Positions 26,502 to 36,813 are shown, counted from the first letter of the stretch. The stretch: 38,991 bases of DNA from an uncultured Bacteroidales bacterium (GCA_946530505.1 CAMNAD010000001.1:1-38991), one strand, 5' to 3'. Made by a program: numbers and translations. The notes: generated from the letters alone by a model not told the origin.

Positions 26502-28729
26502 CCTACCTGGGCTCCGTTGACCACGACTTCCTGCGGAGTTATGAAGCGCATCTTCCCGTCGTTCTGCTTGGCCATGAGAATCATGCCCTTGCTCTCGATC
26601 CCCTTGATGGTGCGGGGCTTGAGATTGGCGAGGATGCAGACCTGCTTTCCGAGCATATCTTCGGGGCTGTAGTATTCGGCGATGCCGGAGACGATAACGC
26701 GCTTGTCGATGCCGGTGTCTATGGTAAGCTTGAGCAGTTTGTCGGTCTTGGGCACACGCTCCGCCTCAAGGACAGTCGCGGTGCGGATGTCCATCTTCTC
26801 GAAGTCCTCGAAACTGCATTCTTCCTTCTGCGGAGTCACCTGCTTCGCAAGCTCGGCCTTTGCCTCCGCCTCTTTCTGCGCCCGAATTGCAGCCAAACGG
26901 TCCAATTGCTTCTGGATGGCTTCGTCTTCGATCTTCGCGAACAGCAGTTCGGCCTCACCCAACTGATGCCCTTCCGGCAGAATATCGGCTGTACCCAGTT
27001 GTTCCCAGCCAACGACTGGCGCATCAGCTTCCGGACCGTCAATGGCGGCCACGGAAGTTTTTTGAGCGGGCTCGAGCGTGGCGGTAGCGGAGTGGCCGCC
27101 ATTGCCGGGCGCGTCAGCCTTCGGAAAAGCAATGCCGGGACCGGGCTCCCCTTGCGGGACACGGCCCGGCCCTTTGCTTTTCGCGGAGGGCTTAATGTTC
27201 AGCATTTTACGCAGGCGCTCGCAGGCAAATGGTGTAAACGGCTCGAAAGCGATGGCAAGATCCGCGCAGAGCTGCAGGCATACGTTCAGTATGGTGCCAG
27301 TACGCGCCAGATCCGTCTTCGCAAGCTTCCACGGCTCGCTGTCGGAAATGTACTTGTTGCCAAGGCGCGCAATCTGCATCGCATCCTTGAGCGCCTCGCG
27401 GAAACGGTAGTTTTCGATATTCTTCTCTATACTCTCGCGCAGCGCCGGAACCTCGGCAAGAGTCTCCCGGTCCACATCGGTCAACTCTCCCGCAGCAGGC
27501 ACACGCCCCTCGAAATATTTGTGAGTCAGCACCACAGCACGGTTTACGAAATTACCGAAAATGGCTACCAGCTCGGAATTGTTGCGGGTCTGGAACTCTT
27601 TCCAGGAGAAGTCGTTATCCTTGGTCTCAGGAGCATTGGCGGTGAGCACATAACGCAGCACATCCTCCTTGCCAGGGAAATCCTGCACATACTCGTGCGC
27701 CCAGACGGCCCAGCCGCGGGAGGTGGAAATCTTGTCGCCCTCGAGATTCAGGAACTCGTTGGCAGGCACGTTATCCGGAAGGATGAATCCGTCGCCATAG
27801 GCCTTGAGCATAGAAGGGAACACTATGCAGTGGAACACGATATTGTCCTTGCCTATGAAATGCACCAGCTTGGTGTCGGGGCTCTTCCACCACTTCTCCC
27901 AGTCATTCGGCAGGAGCTCGATGGTATTGGAGATATAGCCGATGGGGGCATCGAACCATACGTAGAGCACCTTCCCCTCGGCACCTTCCACGGGCACGGG
28001 GACGCCCCAGTCGAGGTCGCGGGTGACGGCACGGGGCTGCAGGCCGCCGTCCAGCCAGCTCTTCACCTGGCCGTAAACATTGGAACGCCATTCCTTGTGG
28101 CCTTCCAGTATCCATTCACGAAGCCAGGGCTCGTAGTCCTGCAGTGGAAGATACCAGTGGGTAGTCTTTTTCTTTATCGGTTCCGCACCGCTGAGTTTGG
28201 AATGAGGGTTGATGAGTTCTTCGGGACTTAGGGTAGACCCGCACTTCTCGCACTGGTCGCCGTAGGCATTCTCGTTGCCGCACTTGGGGCAGGTCCCCAC
28301 GATGTATCGGTCGGCAAGGAAGGTCTTTGCCTCCGGGTCGTAGTACTGCTCACTTTCCCGGGTGACGAACTTGCCCTCGTCGTAGAGTTTGCGGAAGAAC
28401 TGCGAAGCATTCTTCTCGTGAATCTTCGACGAAGTGCGGCCATAGATGTCGAAATTGATGCCCAGGGCCTTGAAACTGTCGCTGATTATACTGTGATACT
28501 TGTCCACAATATCCTGGGGGGAGCAGCCCTGCTGGCGCGCCTTGATGGTGATGGGCACGCCGTGCTCGTCGCTGCCGCACACATACAGCACATCCTCTCC
28601 GCGAAGACGGAGATATCTCACATAAATATCTGCCGGCACATATACTCCGGCAAGATGCCCGATATGCACCGGGCCATTGGCATAAGGCAACGCACAGGTC
28701 ACCAGGGTTCTCTTGAACTTCTTTTCCAT
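26498..28729 (-). CDS. metG: Methionine--tRNA ligase with C-terminal tRNA-binding domain and a large internal insertion
   Basis: [12 protein letters not shown], Zn knuckles, YVWFDA, KISTS and a C-terminal OB domain. A 62-aa stretch lies between LRKMLNI and WEQLG. Confidence 0.98.
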   Translation of the reverse strand: MEKKFKRTLVTCALPYANGPVHIGHLAGVYVPADIYVRYLRLRGEDVLYVCGSDEHGVPITIKARQQGCSPQDIVDKYHSIISDSFKALGINFDIYGRTSSKIHEKNASQFFRKLYDEGKFVTRESEQYYDPEAKTFLADRYIVGTCPKCGNENAYGDQCEKCGSTLSPEELINPHSKLSGAEPIKKKTTHWYLPLQDYEPWLREWILEGHKEWRSNVYGQVKSWLDGGLQPRAVTRDLDWGVPVPVEGAEGKVLYVWFDAPIGYISNTIELLPNDWEKWWKSPDTKLVHFIGKDNIVFHCIVFPSMLKAYGDGFILPDNVPANEFLNLEGDKISTSRGWAVWAHEYVQDFPGKEDVLRYVLTANAPETKDNDFSWKEFQTRNNSELVAIFGNFVNRAVVLTHKYFEGRVPAAGELTDVDRETLAEVPALRESIEKNIENYRFREALKDAMQIARLGNKYISDSEPWKLAKTDLARTGTILNVCLQLCADLAIAFEPFTPFACERLRKMLNIKPSAKSKGPGRVPQGEPGPGIAFPKADAPGNGGHSATATLEPAQKTSVAAIDGPEADAPVVGWEQLGTADILPEGHQLGEAELLFAKIEDEAIQKQLDRLAAIRAQKEAEAKAELAKQVTPQKEECSFEDFEKMDIRTATVLEAERVPKTDKLLKLTIDTGIDKRVIVSGIAEYYSPEDMLGKQVCILANLKPRTIKGIESKGMILMAKQNDGKMRFITPQEVVVNGAQVG
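27040..27104. repeat. 65-bp palindromic element in frame in metG (element A)
   Basis: Perfect 13-bp inverted repeat CAATGGCGGCCAC (27040-52) / GTGGCCGCCATTG (27092-104) around a 39-nt loop GGAAGTTTTTT...GCGGA. Confidence 0.9.
27116..27192. repeat. 77-bp nested palindromic element in frame in metG (element B)
   Basis: Nested pairs AGCC/GGCT, GAAAAGCAA(27124-32)/TTGCTTTTC(27174-82), CCGGGC/GCCCGG and TCCC/GGGA. GGA and GCGGA lie just inside the outer arms. Confidence 0.85.
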
Positions 28730-28735
28730 ATATAG

Positions 28736-30703
28736 TTAATCTTCTTTTTTCAGACTGTCTTTCAATTTCTTCTGGCGCTTCCGCAATTTGATCATTTCCT
28801 GCATCAGGGCCATTTCTTCTTCTCCGGAAGTACCGGAAAGCGCCTTGCGTATTTCCTCGAGGCGCGATGCCACCCGGCGCTCGGCAAGCGTGAGCATTGC
28901 GCGGGGGACGTATGCCACCAGCCAGGACTGTTCCGAGGTCAGGGAACTCTCCAGACGCTTCACGGATAACTGATAGGGGCGGGTGGAAAACTCTCCCGCA
29001 ATCTCGGCAAGCGTGCGGTCGGGAGAGTCAAGGAGGGTGCGGACAATCTCGTCCTGATCTTTGCCTTCGTCGTAAAGATCCAGATATGCATCATATACGC
29101 GGCGGTATCCGTTGTTTGCCAGGGGCTGTCCGGTAGATTCTATGGCAGACGCAATGAAGCCGGCTACAGTGTCGACCGCCTCAGGGTCGTAATACGGAGA
29201 GTCCGTCTCGAAGTGCAGTTCTTCGCATCCGTGCTGCAGCAGGAAGGTCAGAATATCGCCCTCCACCGCCGCAAGGATACGGTTCTCCGGAGTGTATCTG
29301 GCCGATGCCGATGGAGCAGAGTCCCCCTCTGGAGCATTTTCCCGTATAGGGTTGCGAAGCAACGCGGAAGAGGGGGACTCGCGCTCACGGCGCTCATCTT
29401 CCAGAAGGCGGTCGCGGGTGGTTTTCACACGGGTGAAAAGGATGTCCGGCGCCACGTCGAATTTCTCGGCGGCAGTGTTCACATAAACAGAGCGCTTTAC
29501 CGCATCAGGTATCCGGGCGATGGTGTCCGCTATGTCGTTTACGAAATTCGCCTTCTTGAGAGGATTCCCGGCGGCTTCCCCGAGGAGGATGTCCGACTTG
29601 AAATCGAGGAAATCCTTTGCATTCTCCCGAATATAGTCCTGCACTTCCTCCAGGCTCCTGCCCTTGCTGAACGAATCAGGGTCCTCCCCTTCCGGAAGAA
29701 GCACCACGCGCACGTTCAGGCCTTCATACAAGATGAGGTCGATATCCTTCAGCGAAGCGTGGATGCCGGCGGAATCGCCGTCGTTCATCAGCAGCACATT
29801 CTCGGTGAACTTGTGTATCAGGCGGATCTGCTGCACCGTAAGCGCCGTTCCGCAGGGGGCCACCACATTGTGTATGCCCAGCTGCTGGAGCATCACATAG
29901 TCGATATTACCCTCGACGATAATACACTCATCCTGACGGGATATTTCGCTCTTGGCGAAATAGATGCCGAAGAGGATGTTGCTCTTGCGGTAGATTTCGG
30001 TATCGGGAGAGTTGACGTACTTTGCAGGATTGTCGGCCTTGAGAGTACGGCCGCTGAAGGCGATGGTACGTCCGCTCACCGACTGGATCGGGAACATCAC
30101 GCGTTCGCGGAACTTGTCGCCAAGGGTGCCGTCTTCCCGCTTTACCACCAGGCCTGCATCCAGCAGGTACTCTTCTTTGTATCCGGCTGCCTTAGCCGCC
30201 TGCAGGAGGGTATCCTTGCCGGACGGGGCCCATCCGAGTCCGAATTTCTCTATGGTTTCGTCTTCCAGACGGCGGGAATGGTAGTAGGCAAGGCCGACGT
30301 CCTTTCCTTCGCCGGACTTGAGCTGGTCAGCAAAGAACTTTTGGGCGAATTCACTCACGAGCATCAGGCTTTCGCTGCGCTGGCGGCTGGCGAGTTCTTC
30401 CGGAGATTCTTCCTCCTCGACAACCTCTATATTGTAGCGTTTCGCAATGTAGCGCAGGGCCTCCACGTAGGAATTATGCTCGTGCTCCATCAGGAAGCCA
30501 ACGGCCGAGCCAGACTTCCCGCATCCGAAACATTTGTAGATACCTTTCGACGGCGACACGTAGAAAGACGGGGTCTTCTCCTGATGGAAAGGACAGCAGG
30601 CCACATAGTTGGCCCCGCGGCGCTTCAGCGTCACGAAGTCCCCTATTATATCCTCTATCCGTACGGTATCCAGGATGAGGTCGACCGTTTCTTTAGGTAT
30701 CAT
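28736..30703 (-). CDS. dnaG: DNA primase
   Basis: CPFHQEKTPSF..CFGC Zn ribbon, RVMFPI, KYVNSP, VEGNID, DGDSAG TOPRIM, EDPD. Confidence 0.98.
   Translation of the reverse strand: MIPKETVDLILDTVRIEDIIGDFVTLKRRGANYVACCPFHQEKTPSFYVSPSKGIYKCFGCGKSGSAVGFLMEHEHNSYVEALRYIAKRYNIEVVEEEESPEELASRQRSESLMLVSEFAQKFFADQLKSGEGKDVGLAYYHSRRLEDETIEKFGLGWAPSGKDTLLQAAKAAGYKEEYLLDAGLVVKREDGTLGDKFRERVMFPIQSVSGRTIAFSGRTLKADNPAKYVNSPDTEIYRKSNILFGIYFAKSEISRQDECIIVEGNIDYVMLQQLGIHNVVAPCGTALTVQQIRLIHKFTENVLLMNDGDSAGIHASLKDIDLILYEGLNVRVVLLPEGEDPDSFSKGRSLEEVQDYIRENAKDFLDFKSDILLGEAAGNPLKKANFVNDIADTIARIPDAVKRSVYVNTAAEKFDVAPDILFTRVKTTRDRLLEDERRERESPSSALLRNPIRENAPEGDSAPSASARYTPENRILAAVEGDILTFLLQHGCEELHFETDSPYYDPEAVDTVAGFIASAIESTGQPLANNGYRRVYDAYLDLYDEGKDQDEIVRTLLDSPDRTLAEIAGEFSTRPYQLSVKRLESSLTSEQSWLVAYVPRAMLTLAERRVASRLEEIRKALSGTSGEEEMALMQEMIKLRKRQKKLKDSLKKED
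29319..29380. repeat. 62-bp palindromic element in frame in dnaG
   Basis: Perfect 12-bp inverted repeat GAGTCCCCCTCT (29319-30) / AGAGGGGGACTC (29369-80) around a 38-nt loop GGAGCATTTT...GCGGA. The loop contains the mini-hairpins CCC/GGG and GTTGC/GCAAC. Confidence 0.9.
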
Positions 30704-30709
30704 CTGAAC

Positions 30710-32923
30710 TTATGATGCTATATCACACAGGAACTTGATGCGGATGAGGCGGATTTCAAGTTCTTCGAAATCGCCTCCGAGGGCGGCTATGGCCTCCTCG
30801 ACCGAGTCGGATTCCGCCTCGCTGCGGAAGTATTCGTAAATCTCCTCCACATCTTCCTCGTCGTAATTGTCTTCAATGTAATAATCCAGATTAAGTTTGG
30901 TGCCGGTGGAAACTATTCCCTCTATTTCCGCCACCAGTTCGTCGAGGTCCATGCTCTTTGCGGATGCAATGTCCTCAAGGTCCATCCGGCGGTCTATGCT
31001 CTGGATAATGAAAATCTTGTTCGCGCTCTTGTTGGGAGCGGACTTCACCACGAAGTCATCCGGGCGGGTGATGTCATTCTCCTCCACGTACTGCGCGATA
31101 ATGTTCACAAACTCGGCGCCGAACTTGCGGGCCTTGCCTTCGCCCACGCCCTGGCAGTTCTTGAGTTCGTCTATAGTTATGGGGTACAGGATCGCCATAT
31201 CCTGCAGGGCTGGATCGCCGAAGATAATCCAGGGCTGGAGTTTCAGGCGGCGGGCGACATCCTTGCGGAGGTCCTTGAGCATCTTGAGGAGGTTTTCGTC
31301 GCATCCTCCTCCGCCGCGTACGGCACCTGCTGCAGCGGCCGCCTCTTCGTCCTCAAAGTCGTCGGAGCCATCGTCGGTAAACACACCGTCCTGCACAAGT
31401 TCCAATTTCCAGGGGGAGATAAGGAACTCGAGGCCCAGCCCGGTAACGGAGATGAGGCCGTATGTCTCTATCTCCTTTTCGAGCAGGTGATGTACGATTC
31501 CCTGATGGATGACGGTAATCCAGAAACGTTCGTCGTGGGCGCTGCCCTTGCCGAAAAACTCGAGTTCGTCGTGCTTGTAACTCTTGATAAGAGCCGTTTC
31601 CTTTCCTGAAAGTATGCAGGCCAGATGTTCCACCTTGAAATGCTCCGGAAGACTGGTGATGAGGTCGATGACCAGCTGCATGTCCCTGCGGCCGTCGAAC
31701 ACTGGCTTTGGATGAAGGCAATTGTCGCAGCAGCCGCAGTTCTCCTGCGTGTATTCTTCGCCGAAGTAGTTGAGCAGCAACTTTCTGCGGCACTGCCCGG
31801 ACTCGGCGTACGCCACGACCTCGTTCAGCAGCTGGCGGCTGATTTCCTGTTCTGCCACGGGCTTGCCCTGCATGAACTTCTCCAGTTTGCGTATGTCCTT
31901 GTAACTGTAGTAGGTGATGCAGATGCCTTCCTCGCCGTCGCGGCCTGCGCGCCCGGTCTCCTGATAATAACTCTCTATGCTCTTGGGGATGTCGTAGTGG
32001 ATGACGAAACGCACGTCCGGCTTGTCGATGCCCATTCCGAAGGCGATGGTGGCCACTATCACATCTATCTCCTCCATCAGGAACTTGTCCTGATTCTCGG
32101 CACGCACCTTCGCATCGAGTCCTGCGTGATATGGCAGGGCCCGGATGCCATTGATGCTGAGGAAGGCGGCCATCTCCTCAACCTTCTTGCGGCTGAGGCA
32201 GTAGATGATGCCGGACTTGCCGGCATTCTGGCGAATGAAACGCACTATGTCCTTCTCCGGCTCAACCTTGCTCCGGATTTCGTAGTAAAGGTTCGGGCGG
32301 TTGAAGGAAGACTTGAAAATGACGGCGTCCTGGATGCCGAGGTTCTTGAGGATATCACTCTGCACCTTGGGAGTCGCCGTTGCGGTGAGGGCGATGATGG
32401 GCGCGCGGCCTATCTCGTTCACCAGGCTGCGGATGCGCCTGTATTCGGGACGGAAGTCATGCCCCCATTCCGAGATACAGTGCGCCTCGTCCACAGCATA
32501 GAAGGATATCTTGATTTCCTGCAGAAGGGCTACGTTCTCTTCCTTTGTAAGGGATTCGGGAGCGACGTAGAGTATCTTGGTGCGGCCGGACAGAAGGTCG
32601 GCCCGGACCTCTTCGATTTCCTGCCTCGAGAGCGAGGAGTTCAGGAAATGGGCGATGCTCTCGTTGCTGCTGACGAAACCGCGCAGCACGTCCACCTGAT
32701 TCTTCATGAGTGCGATCAGCGGAGAGATCACGATTGCCGTGCCCTCCGCCACAAGGGCCGGAAGTTGGTAGCAGAGCGATTTGCCTCCTCCTGTAGGCAT
32801 CAGGACAAAGGCGTCGCCTCCGTTGAGGAGATGGTTTATAACCTGCTCCTGGTCCCCCTTGAAGTTGTCGTACCCGAAGAATTCCTTCAGAGTGCTGTGT
32901 ATTTCGGCAGAGTAGTCCTTCAT
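30710..32923 (-). CDS. recQ: ATP-dependent DNA helicase RecQ
   Basis: MPTGGGKSLCYQLP, DEAHCISEWGHDFRP, QETGRAGRDG, Zn-binding cysteines, RQC and HRDC domains. Confidence 0.97.
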   Translation of the reverse strand: MKDYSAEIHSTLKEFFGYDNFKGDQEQVINHLLNGGDAFVLMPTGGGKSLCYQLPALVAEGTAIVISPLIALMKNQVDVLRGFVSSNESIAHFLNSSLSRQEIEEVRADLLSGRTKILYVAPESLTKEENVALLQEIKISFYAVDEAHCISEWGHDFRPEYRRIRSLVNEIGRAPIIALTATATPKVQSDILKNLGIQDAVIFKSSFNRPNLYYEIRSKVEPEKDIVRFIRQNAGKSGIIYCLSRKKVEEMAAFLSINGIRALPYHAGLDAKVRAENQDKFLMEEIDVIVATIAFGMGIDKPDVRFVIHYDIPKSIESYYQETGRAGRDGEEGICITYYSYKDIRKLEKFMQGKPVAEQEISRQLLNEVVAYAESGQCRRKLLLNYFGEEYTQENCGCCDNCLHPKPVFDGRRDMQLVIDLITSLPEHFKVEHLACILSGKETALIKSYKHDELEFFGKGSAHDERFWITVIHQGIVHHLLEKEIETYGLISVTGLGLEFLISPWKLELVQDGVFTDDGSDDFEDEEAAAAAGAVRGGGGCDENLLKMLKDLRKDVARRLKLQPWIIFGDPALQDMAILYPITIDELKNCQGVGEGKARKFGAEFVNIIAQYVEENDITRPDDFVVKSAPNKSANKIFIIQSIDRRMDLEDIASAKSMDLDELVAEIEGIVSTGTKLNLDYYIEDNYDEEDVEEIYEYFRSEAESDSVEEAIAALGGDFEELEIRLIRIKFLCDIAS

Positions 32924-32932
32924 AAAAACAGA

Positions 32933-34174
32933 TTAATCGAGTGAATGAATTGCCAAACCGGAACGGAGCTTGGGCTCGAACCAGGTGGTCTTGGGCGGCA
33001 TTATGTTGCCTGTGTCCGCAATGTCGGTGAGCTGTTTCATCGACACGGGATAAAGCGCGAAGGCGACTGCCATCTCGCCGCTGTCCACCCTGCGTTCAAG
33101 TTCCCCGAGCCCGCGGATGCCGCCTACGAAGTCGATGCGCTTGTCCGTGCGCAGGTCCTTGATGCCCAGGATCTTGTCCAGCACCAGATTGGAGAGGATG
33201 GTCACATCCAGCACACCTATGGGGTCGGCGTCGTCGTAGCGGCCGGGCTTGGCGGTGAGGGAGTACCACTTCCCGTCGAGATACATGCTGAAATTGTGCA
33301 GGCCCGTGGGGTTCTTCGTTTCACCCTGAATAACATCTACCTCAAAGTCTTTTTCGAGGGCAGAGAGGAACTGCTCTTTGCCGAGTCCGTTCAGGTCTTT
33401 GACCACGCGATTGTAGTCGATGATCTTGAGATGGCTCTCAGGGAAGCACACGGCCATGAAGTAGTTGTATTCCTCCTTTCCGGTATGACCGGGGTTGTGG
33501 GCCTTCTTTTCTTCGCACACGCGTGCCGCGGCAGCCGTGCGGTGATGTCCGTCGGCAACGTAGAATGCGGGAACCTGAGTCGTGAAGAGTTCTGTGATGC
33601 GGGCAACGGTGGCATCGTCGTCGATTACCCAGAATTCGTGTCCGAACTTGTTCTCGTCCGTGAACTTGTACTCAGAAGGTCCGGCGACGGTCTTTTCGAC
33701 TATAGCATTGATTTCCGCATTGTCCTTGTAGGCAAAGAAAACGGGCTCGATGTTCGCATTCTGGATGCGCACGTGCACCATACGGTCGTCCTCCTTGTCC
33801 TTGCGGGTAAGTTCGTGCTTCTTGATGAGTCCGTTCGCATAGTCGGCGGCATGGGCACAGAGCACTATTCCGTACTGGGTGCGTCCGTCCATAGTCTGTG
33901 CATACACATAGTAGCAGGGCTTGGAGTCGCGCACAAGCCAGCCGCGCTCCTTCCAGAGCCTGAAGTTCTCGACAGCCTTGTCGTAGGTGCGCTGTTCGTG
34001 CTCCCCTGCGATGGGCTCGAAGTCGATTTCGGGCTTGGTAATGTGCAGCAGGCTCTTCTCGCCCGCCATCGCCTTTGCCTCGGCGGAGTTGAGAACGTCG
34101 TAAGGAGGTGCCGCGACTTCCGTCACCAGATTCTTGGGAGGCCTGATGGCCTCGAAGGGTTTGACTGTTACCAT
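32933..34174 (-). CDS. DUF1015 family protein
   Basis: APPYDV, IKKHELT, ADGHHRTA, MPPKTTWFEPKLRSGL. Confidence 0.92.
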   Translation of the reverse strand: MVTVKPFEAIRPPKNLVTEVAAPPYDVLNSAEAKAMAGEKSLLHITKPEIDFEPIAGEHEQRTYDKAVENFRLWKERGWLVRDSKPCYYVYAQTMDGRTQYGIVLCAHAADYANGLIKKHELTRKDKEDDRMVHVRIQNANIEPVFFAYKDNAEINAIVEKTVAGPSEYKFTDENKFGHEFWVIDDDATVARITELFTTQVPAFYVADGHHRTAAAARVCEEKKAHNPGHTGKEEYNYFMAVCFPESHLKIIDYNRVVKDLNGLGKEQFLSALEKDFEVDVIQGETKNPTGLHNFSMYLDGKWYSLTAKPGRYDDADPIGVLDVTILSNLVLDKILGIKDLRTDKRIDFVGGIRGLGELERRVDSGEMAVAFALYPVSMKQLTDIADTGNIMPPKTTWFEPKLRSGLAIHSLD

Positions 34175-34178
34175 ACTC

Positions 34179-35099
34179 TTACTTGTTTACCTGGAACCTG
34201 GTATTTCCTGTTGCGAAATAATCCACAATCTGCCTTGCGGCTGCAAGACCGGCGTTGATGTTGGCTTCTGCGGTCTGCGCGCCCATCTTCTTTGGAGTGG
34301 CGAACACGCGGAGGCCGAACTTCTCCTGCAGGACCGCGAAATTGTCGGGAGCCACGTCGGTGACGTACTTGAGGTCCGGACGCTCTTCGAGAGCTTTCTC
34401 CAGGCCGGCTTCATCGATCACTTCCTTGCGGGCGGTATTCACCAAAGTCGCCCCCTTGGGCATTTTGGTAATGAGGTCGTAGTTTATGCTTCCGATGGTG
34501 GAAGGGAGTGCGGGGATGTGCAGGGAGAGATAGTCGCTGCCTGCATAGAGTTCATCGAGGCTGTGCACGGGTTCGGCTCCGCCAGCCGCTATCTGCTCGT
34601 CGGAGAGGAAGGGATCGAGGGCCTTGACCTTCATCCCGAGGGCCTTAGCCTTCGCACCCACCAGACGGCCTACGTTGCCGAAGGCCTGGATGCCCAGAGT
34701 CTTGCCCTGGACCTCGCTTCCGGTTGCGGGGGTGAACTGGGTGCGTGCCATGAAAATCATCATGGCGATTGCAAGTTCAGCGACCGCATTGGAGTTCTGG
34801 CCGGGGGTGTTCATCACCACCACGCCGTGTGCGGTGGCTGCTGCAAGATCGACATTGTCGTATCCTGCGCCTGCGCGCACGACTATCTTGAGTTCCTTTG
34901 CGGCGTCGAGAACCTCGGCGGTCACTTTGTCGGAACGTATGATGAGGGCGTTTACATCTGCGACGGCCTTCACGAGATCGGCCTGCTCAGGATACTTTTC
35001 GAGAAGGGCGACTTCGTGTCCGCCTTTCTCAAGAATATCTTTGATACCTGCCACTGCTGCAGCGGCAAAAGGTTTCTGGGTAGCTATGAGGACTTTCAT
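34179..35099 (-). CDS. serA: D-3-phosphoglycerate dehydrogenase (short, ACT-less)
   Basis: [22 protein letters not shown], Rossmann fold, [13 protein letters not shown] has Lys at the usual His position. Directly follows serC. Confidence 0.88.
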   Translation of the reverse strand: MKVLIATQKPFAAAAVAGIKDILEKGGHEVALLEKYPEQADLVKAVADVNALIIRSDKVTAEVLDAAKELKIVVRAGAGYDNVDLAAATAHGVVVMNTPGQNSNAVAELAIAMMIFMARTQFTPATGSEVQGKTLGIQAFGNVGRLVGAKAKALGMKVKALDPFLSDEQIAAGGAEPVHSLDELYAGSDYLSLHIPALPSTIGSINYDLITKMPKGATLVNTARKEVIDEAGLEKALEERPDLKYVTDVAPDNFAVLQEKFGLRVFATPKKMGAQTAEANINAGLAAARQIVDYFATGNTRFQVNK

Positions 35100-36169
35100 T
35101 TCTTGAGTGCTTCAAATTCCTTCATCGCGGCGGTAAGGGCCTCGACATCTTCCTGGGTGCAGGCATTGTAGAGCGATGCGCGGAATCCGCCCACGCTGCG
35201 ATGGCCCTTGATGCCCACGATATTCTTGCTCTTCGCAAATGCGAGGAACTCGTCCTGCAGGGCCTCGTAGCCGGGAGCCATCACGAAGCAGACGTTCATT
35301 ATGGAGCGGTCTTCCTTCTCGGCGGTGCCTACGAACAAGGGGTTGCGGTCGATTTCGGCGTAGAGGGTAGCGGCCTTCTTCTCGTCGATCTCGTGTATGG
35401 CATCGATGCCTCCGATGCCCTTGAGCCATTTGAGAGTCTCGTTCATTACGAAGATGCTGAAGACGGGAGGTGTGTTGAACATGGATTCCTTGTCGAGGTG
35501 CACGCGATAGTCGAGCATCGTAGGGATGTAGCGGCTGACCTTTCCGAGGCTGTCCTTGCGGATGATGGCGAATGCCACGCCTGCAGGGCCGGCGTTCTTC
35601 TGGGCGCCGCCGTAGATCATCGCATACTTGCTGACATCCACCCTGCGGGAGAGGATGTCGGAAGACATGTCGGCGATGAGGGGAACGGGGCAGTCGATGT
35701 CGTGCTTGATCTCGGTGCCGTAGATGGTGTTGTTGGTAGTGATGTGGAAGTAGTCGAGATCGGTGGGGATTTCGTATCCCTTGGGGATATAGGTGTAGTT
35801 CTTGTCCTTGCTGCAGGCGATCGCATAGGCGTCTCCCAGTCCCTGGGCTTCCTTGAGAGCCTTGTGCGCCCATACGCCCGTATCGAGGTATGCGGCCTTC
35901 TTCTCGAGGTAGTTCATCGCCACATAAAGGAACTGGAGGCTGGCGCCGCCGCCGAGGAATACGGTCTCGTAATCATCGGGAATGTTAAGGATCTCTCTCC
36001 AGAGAGCCCTGGTCTCGTTCATCGTCTCTTCCCACTCCTTGGTTCTGTGTGAAATGGATATTAGTGATACACCGGTGCCCTTGAAGTCGAGGAGGGCTTC
36101 ACGGGCGTGTTCGATGGCCACCTGCGGCAGAAGGCAGGGGCCTGCATTAAATACGTGGATTTTGCTCAT
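35096..36169 (-). CDS. serC: Phosphoserine aminotransferase
   Basis: FNAGP, SHR, GGASLQF, DMSS, GAQKN (PLP Lys), [20 protein letters not shown]. Confidence 0.98.
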   Translation of the reverse strand: MSKIHVFNAGPCLLPQVAIEHAREALLDFKGTGVSLISISHRTKEWEETMNETRALWREILNIPDDYETVFLGGGASLQFLYVAMNYLEKKAAYLDTGVWAHKALKEAQGLGDAYAIACSKDKNYTYIPKGYEIPTDLDYFHITTNNTIYGTEIKHDIDCPVPLIADMSSDILSRRVDVSKYAMIYGGAQKNAGPAGVAFAIIRKDSLGKVSRYIPTMLDYRVHLDKESMFNTPPVFSIFVMNETLKWLKGIGGIDAIHEIDEKKAATLYAEIDRNPLFVGTAEKEDRSIMNVCFVMAPGYEALQDEFLAFAKSKNIVGIKGHRSVGGFRASLYNACTQEDVEALTAAMKEFEALKK

Positions 36170-36813
36170 AGCATTAAAATGATTTTATCCTTAAAGATAC
36201 CTATTTTTTCTGTATGTTCCAAAAATTGAGTCTCTTTCGACAGGGGCACGTCAATTTCGAAGCGGCAGGCTTCGGCGAAATCCCTCTTCGCAACGTCCAG
36301 GCCAAGCGACTTCAAATCGCTCATCACGGCGGGCATCAGTTCATACCCGAATTCCAGGCTCCAGCGGCGGGTAGCGGTTTTTTCGACGATCTGCGCCTTG
36401 TCGAGGGCGTCTGCCGTTGCGCTTTTGTAGGCTCGGATCAATCCTGGGACACCGAGCAGTATGCCGCCGAAGTAGCGCACTACCACCACCAGCACATTCT
36501 GCAGTCCGCGAGAATCTATTTGCCCAAGAATCGGCCTGCCGGCAGTGCCGGAGGGCTCTCCGTCGTCGTTGGCGCGCCACAGGCCTTCCTTTGCCAGAAC
36601 CGGTCCCTCAGGACTATCTTCCACTTTGTTTATCCGATAAGAAAAACAATGATGCCTTGCAGAATGGTGTTCCCTTCGCAAGGCATCCACTATAGGCTTG
36701 ACTTCTGATTCAGAGGTAATTGGGTATGCATAGGCAATAAAACGGCTGCCACTGTCCCTGAAGAGGCCTTCGGATGGAGCGGCGATCGTGCTGTATTTAT
36801 CGGACGTAAGCAT
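36166..36813 (-). CDS. yigZ: YigZ/IMPACT family protein
   Basis: [39 protein letters not shown]. Start likely the ATG at 36813, just after a TAATTTTG box (36817-24). Confidence 0.92.
   Translation of the reverse strand: MLTSDKYSTIAAPSEGLFRDSGSRFIAYAYPITSESEVKPIVDALRREHHSARHHCFSYRINKVEDSPEGPVLAKEGLWRANDDGEPSGTAGRPILGQIDSRGLQNVLVVVVRYFGGILLGVPGLIRAYKSATADALDKAQIVEKTATRRWSLEFGYELMPAVMSDLKSLGLDVAKRDFAEACRFEIDVPLSKETQFLEHTEKIGIFKDKIILML

Noticed and set aside
27040-29380. Interpreting the palindromes as intrinsic terminators, tRNA fragments or CRISPR repeats
   Set aside because: They sit mid-CDS, lack a U-tract after the stem on the coding strand, have 38-39 nt loops, show no tRNA D/T-arm consensus and are not arrayed with spacers.
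31305-31380. Low-complexity DDGSDDFEDEEAAAAAGAVRGGGG segment in RecQ as another inserted element
   Set aside because: It is an ordinary linker before the HRDC domain, with no long inverted repeat or GGA...GCGGA layout.
11582-35171. Long antisense ORFs (e.g. 11582-13033, 12910-14490, 16996-18327, 26906-28231, 29213-30715, 31625-32944, 32945-34258, 34134-35171)
   Set aside because: They mirror well-identified genes. High GC3 codon bias suppresses antisense stops, and the translations carry no recognisable motifs.
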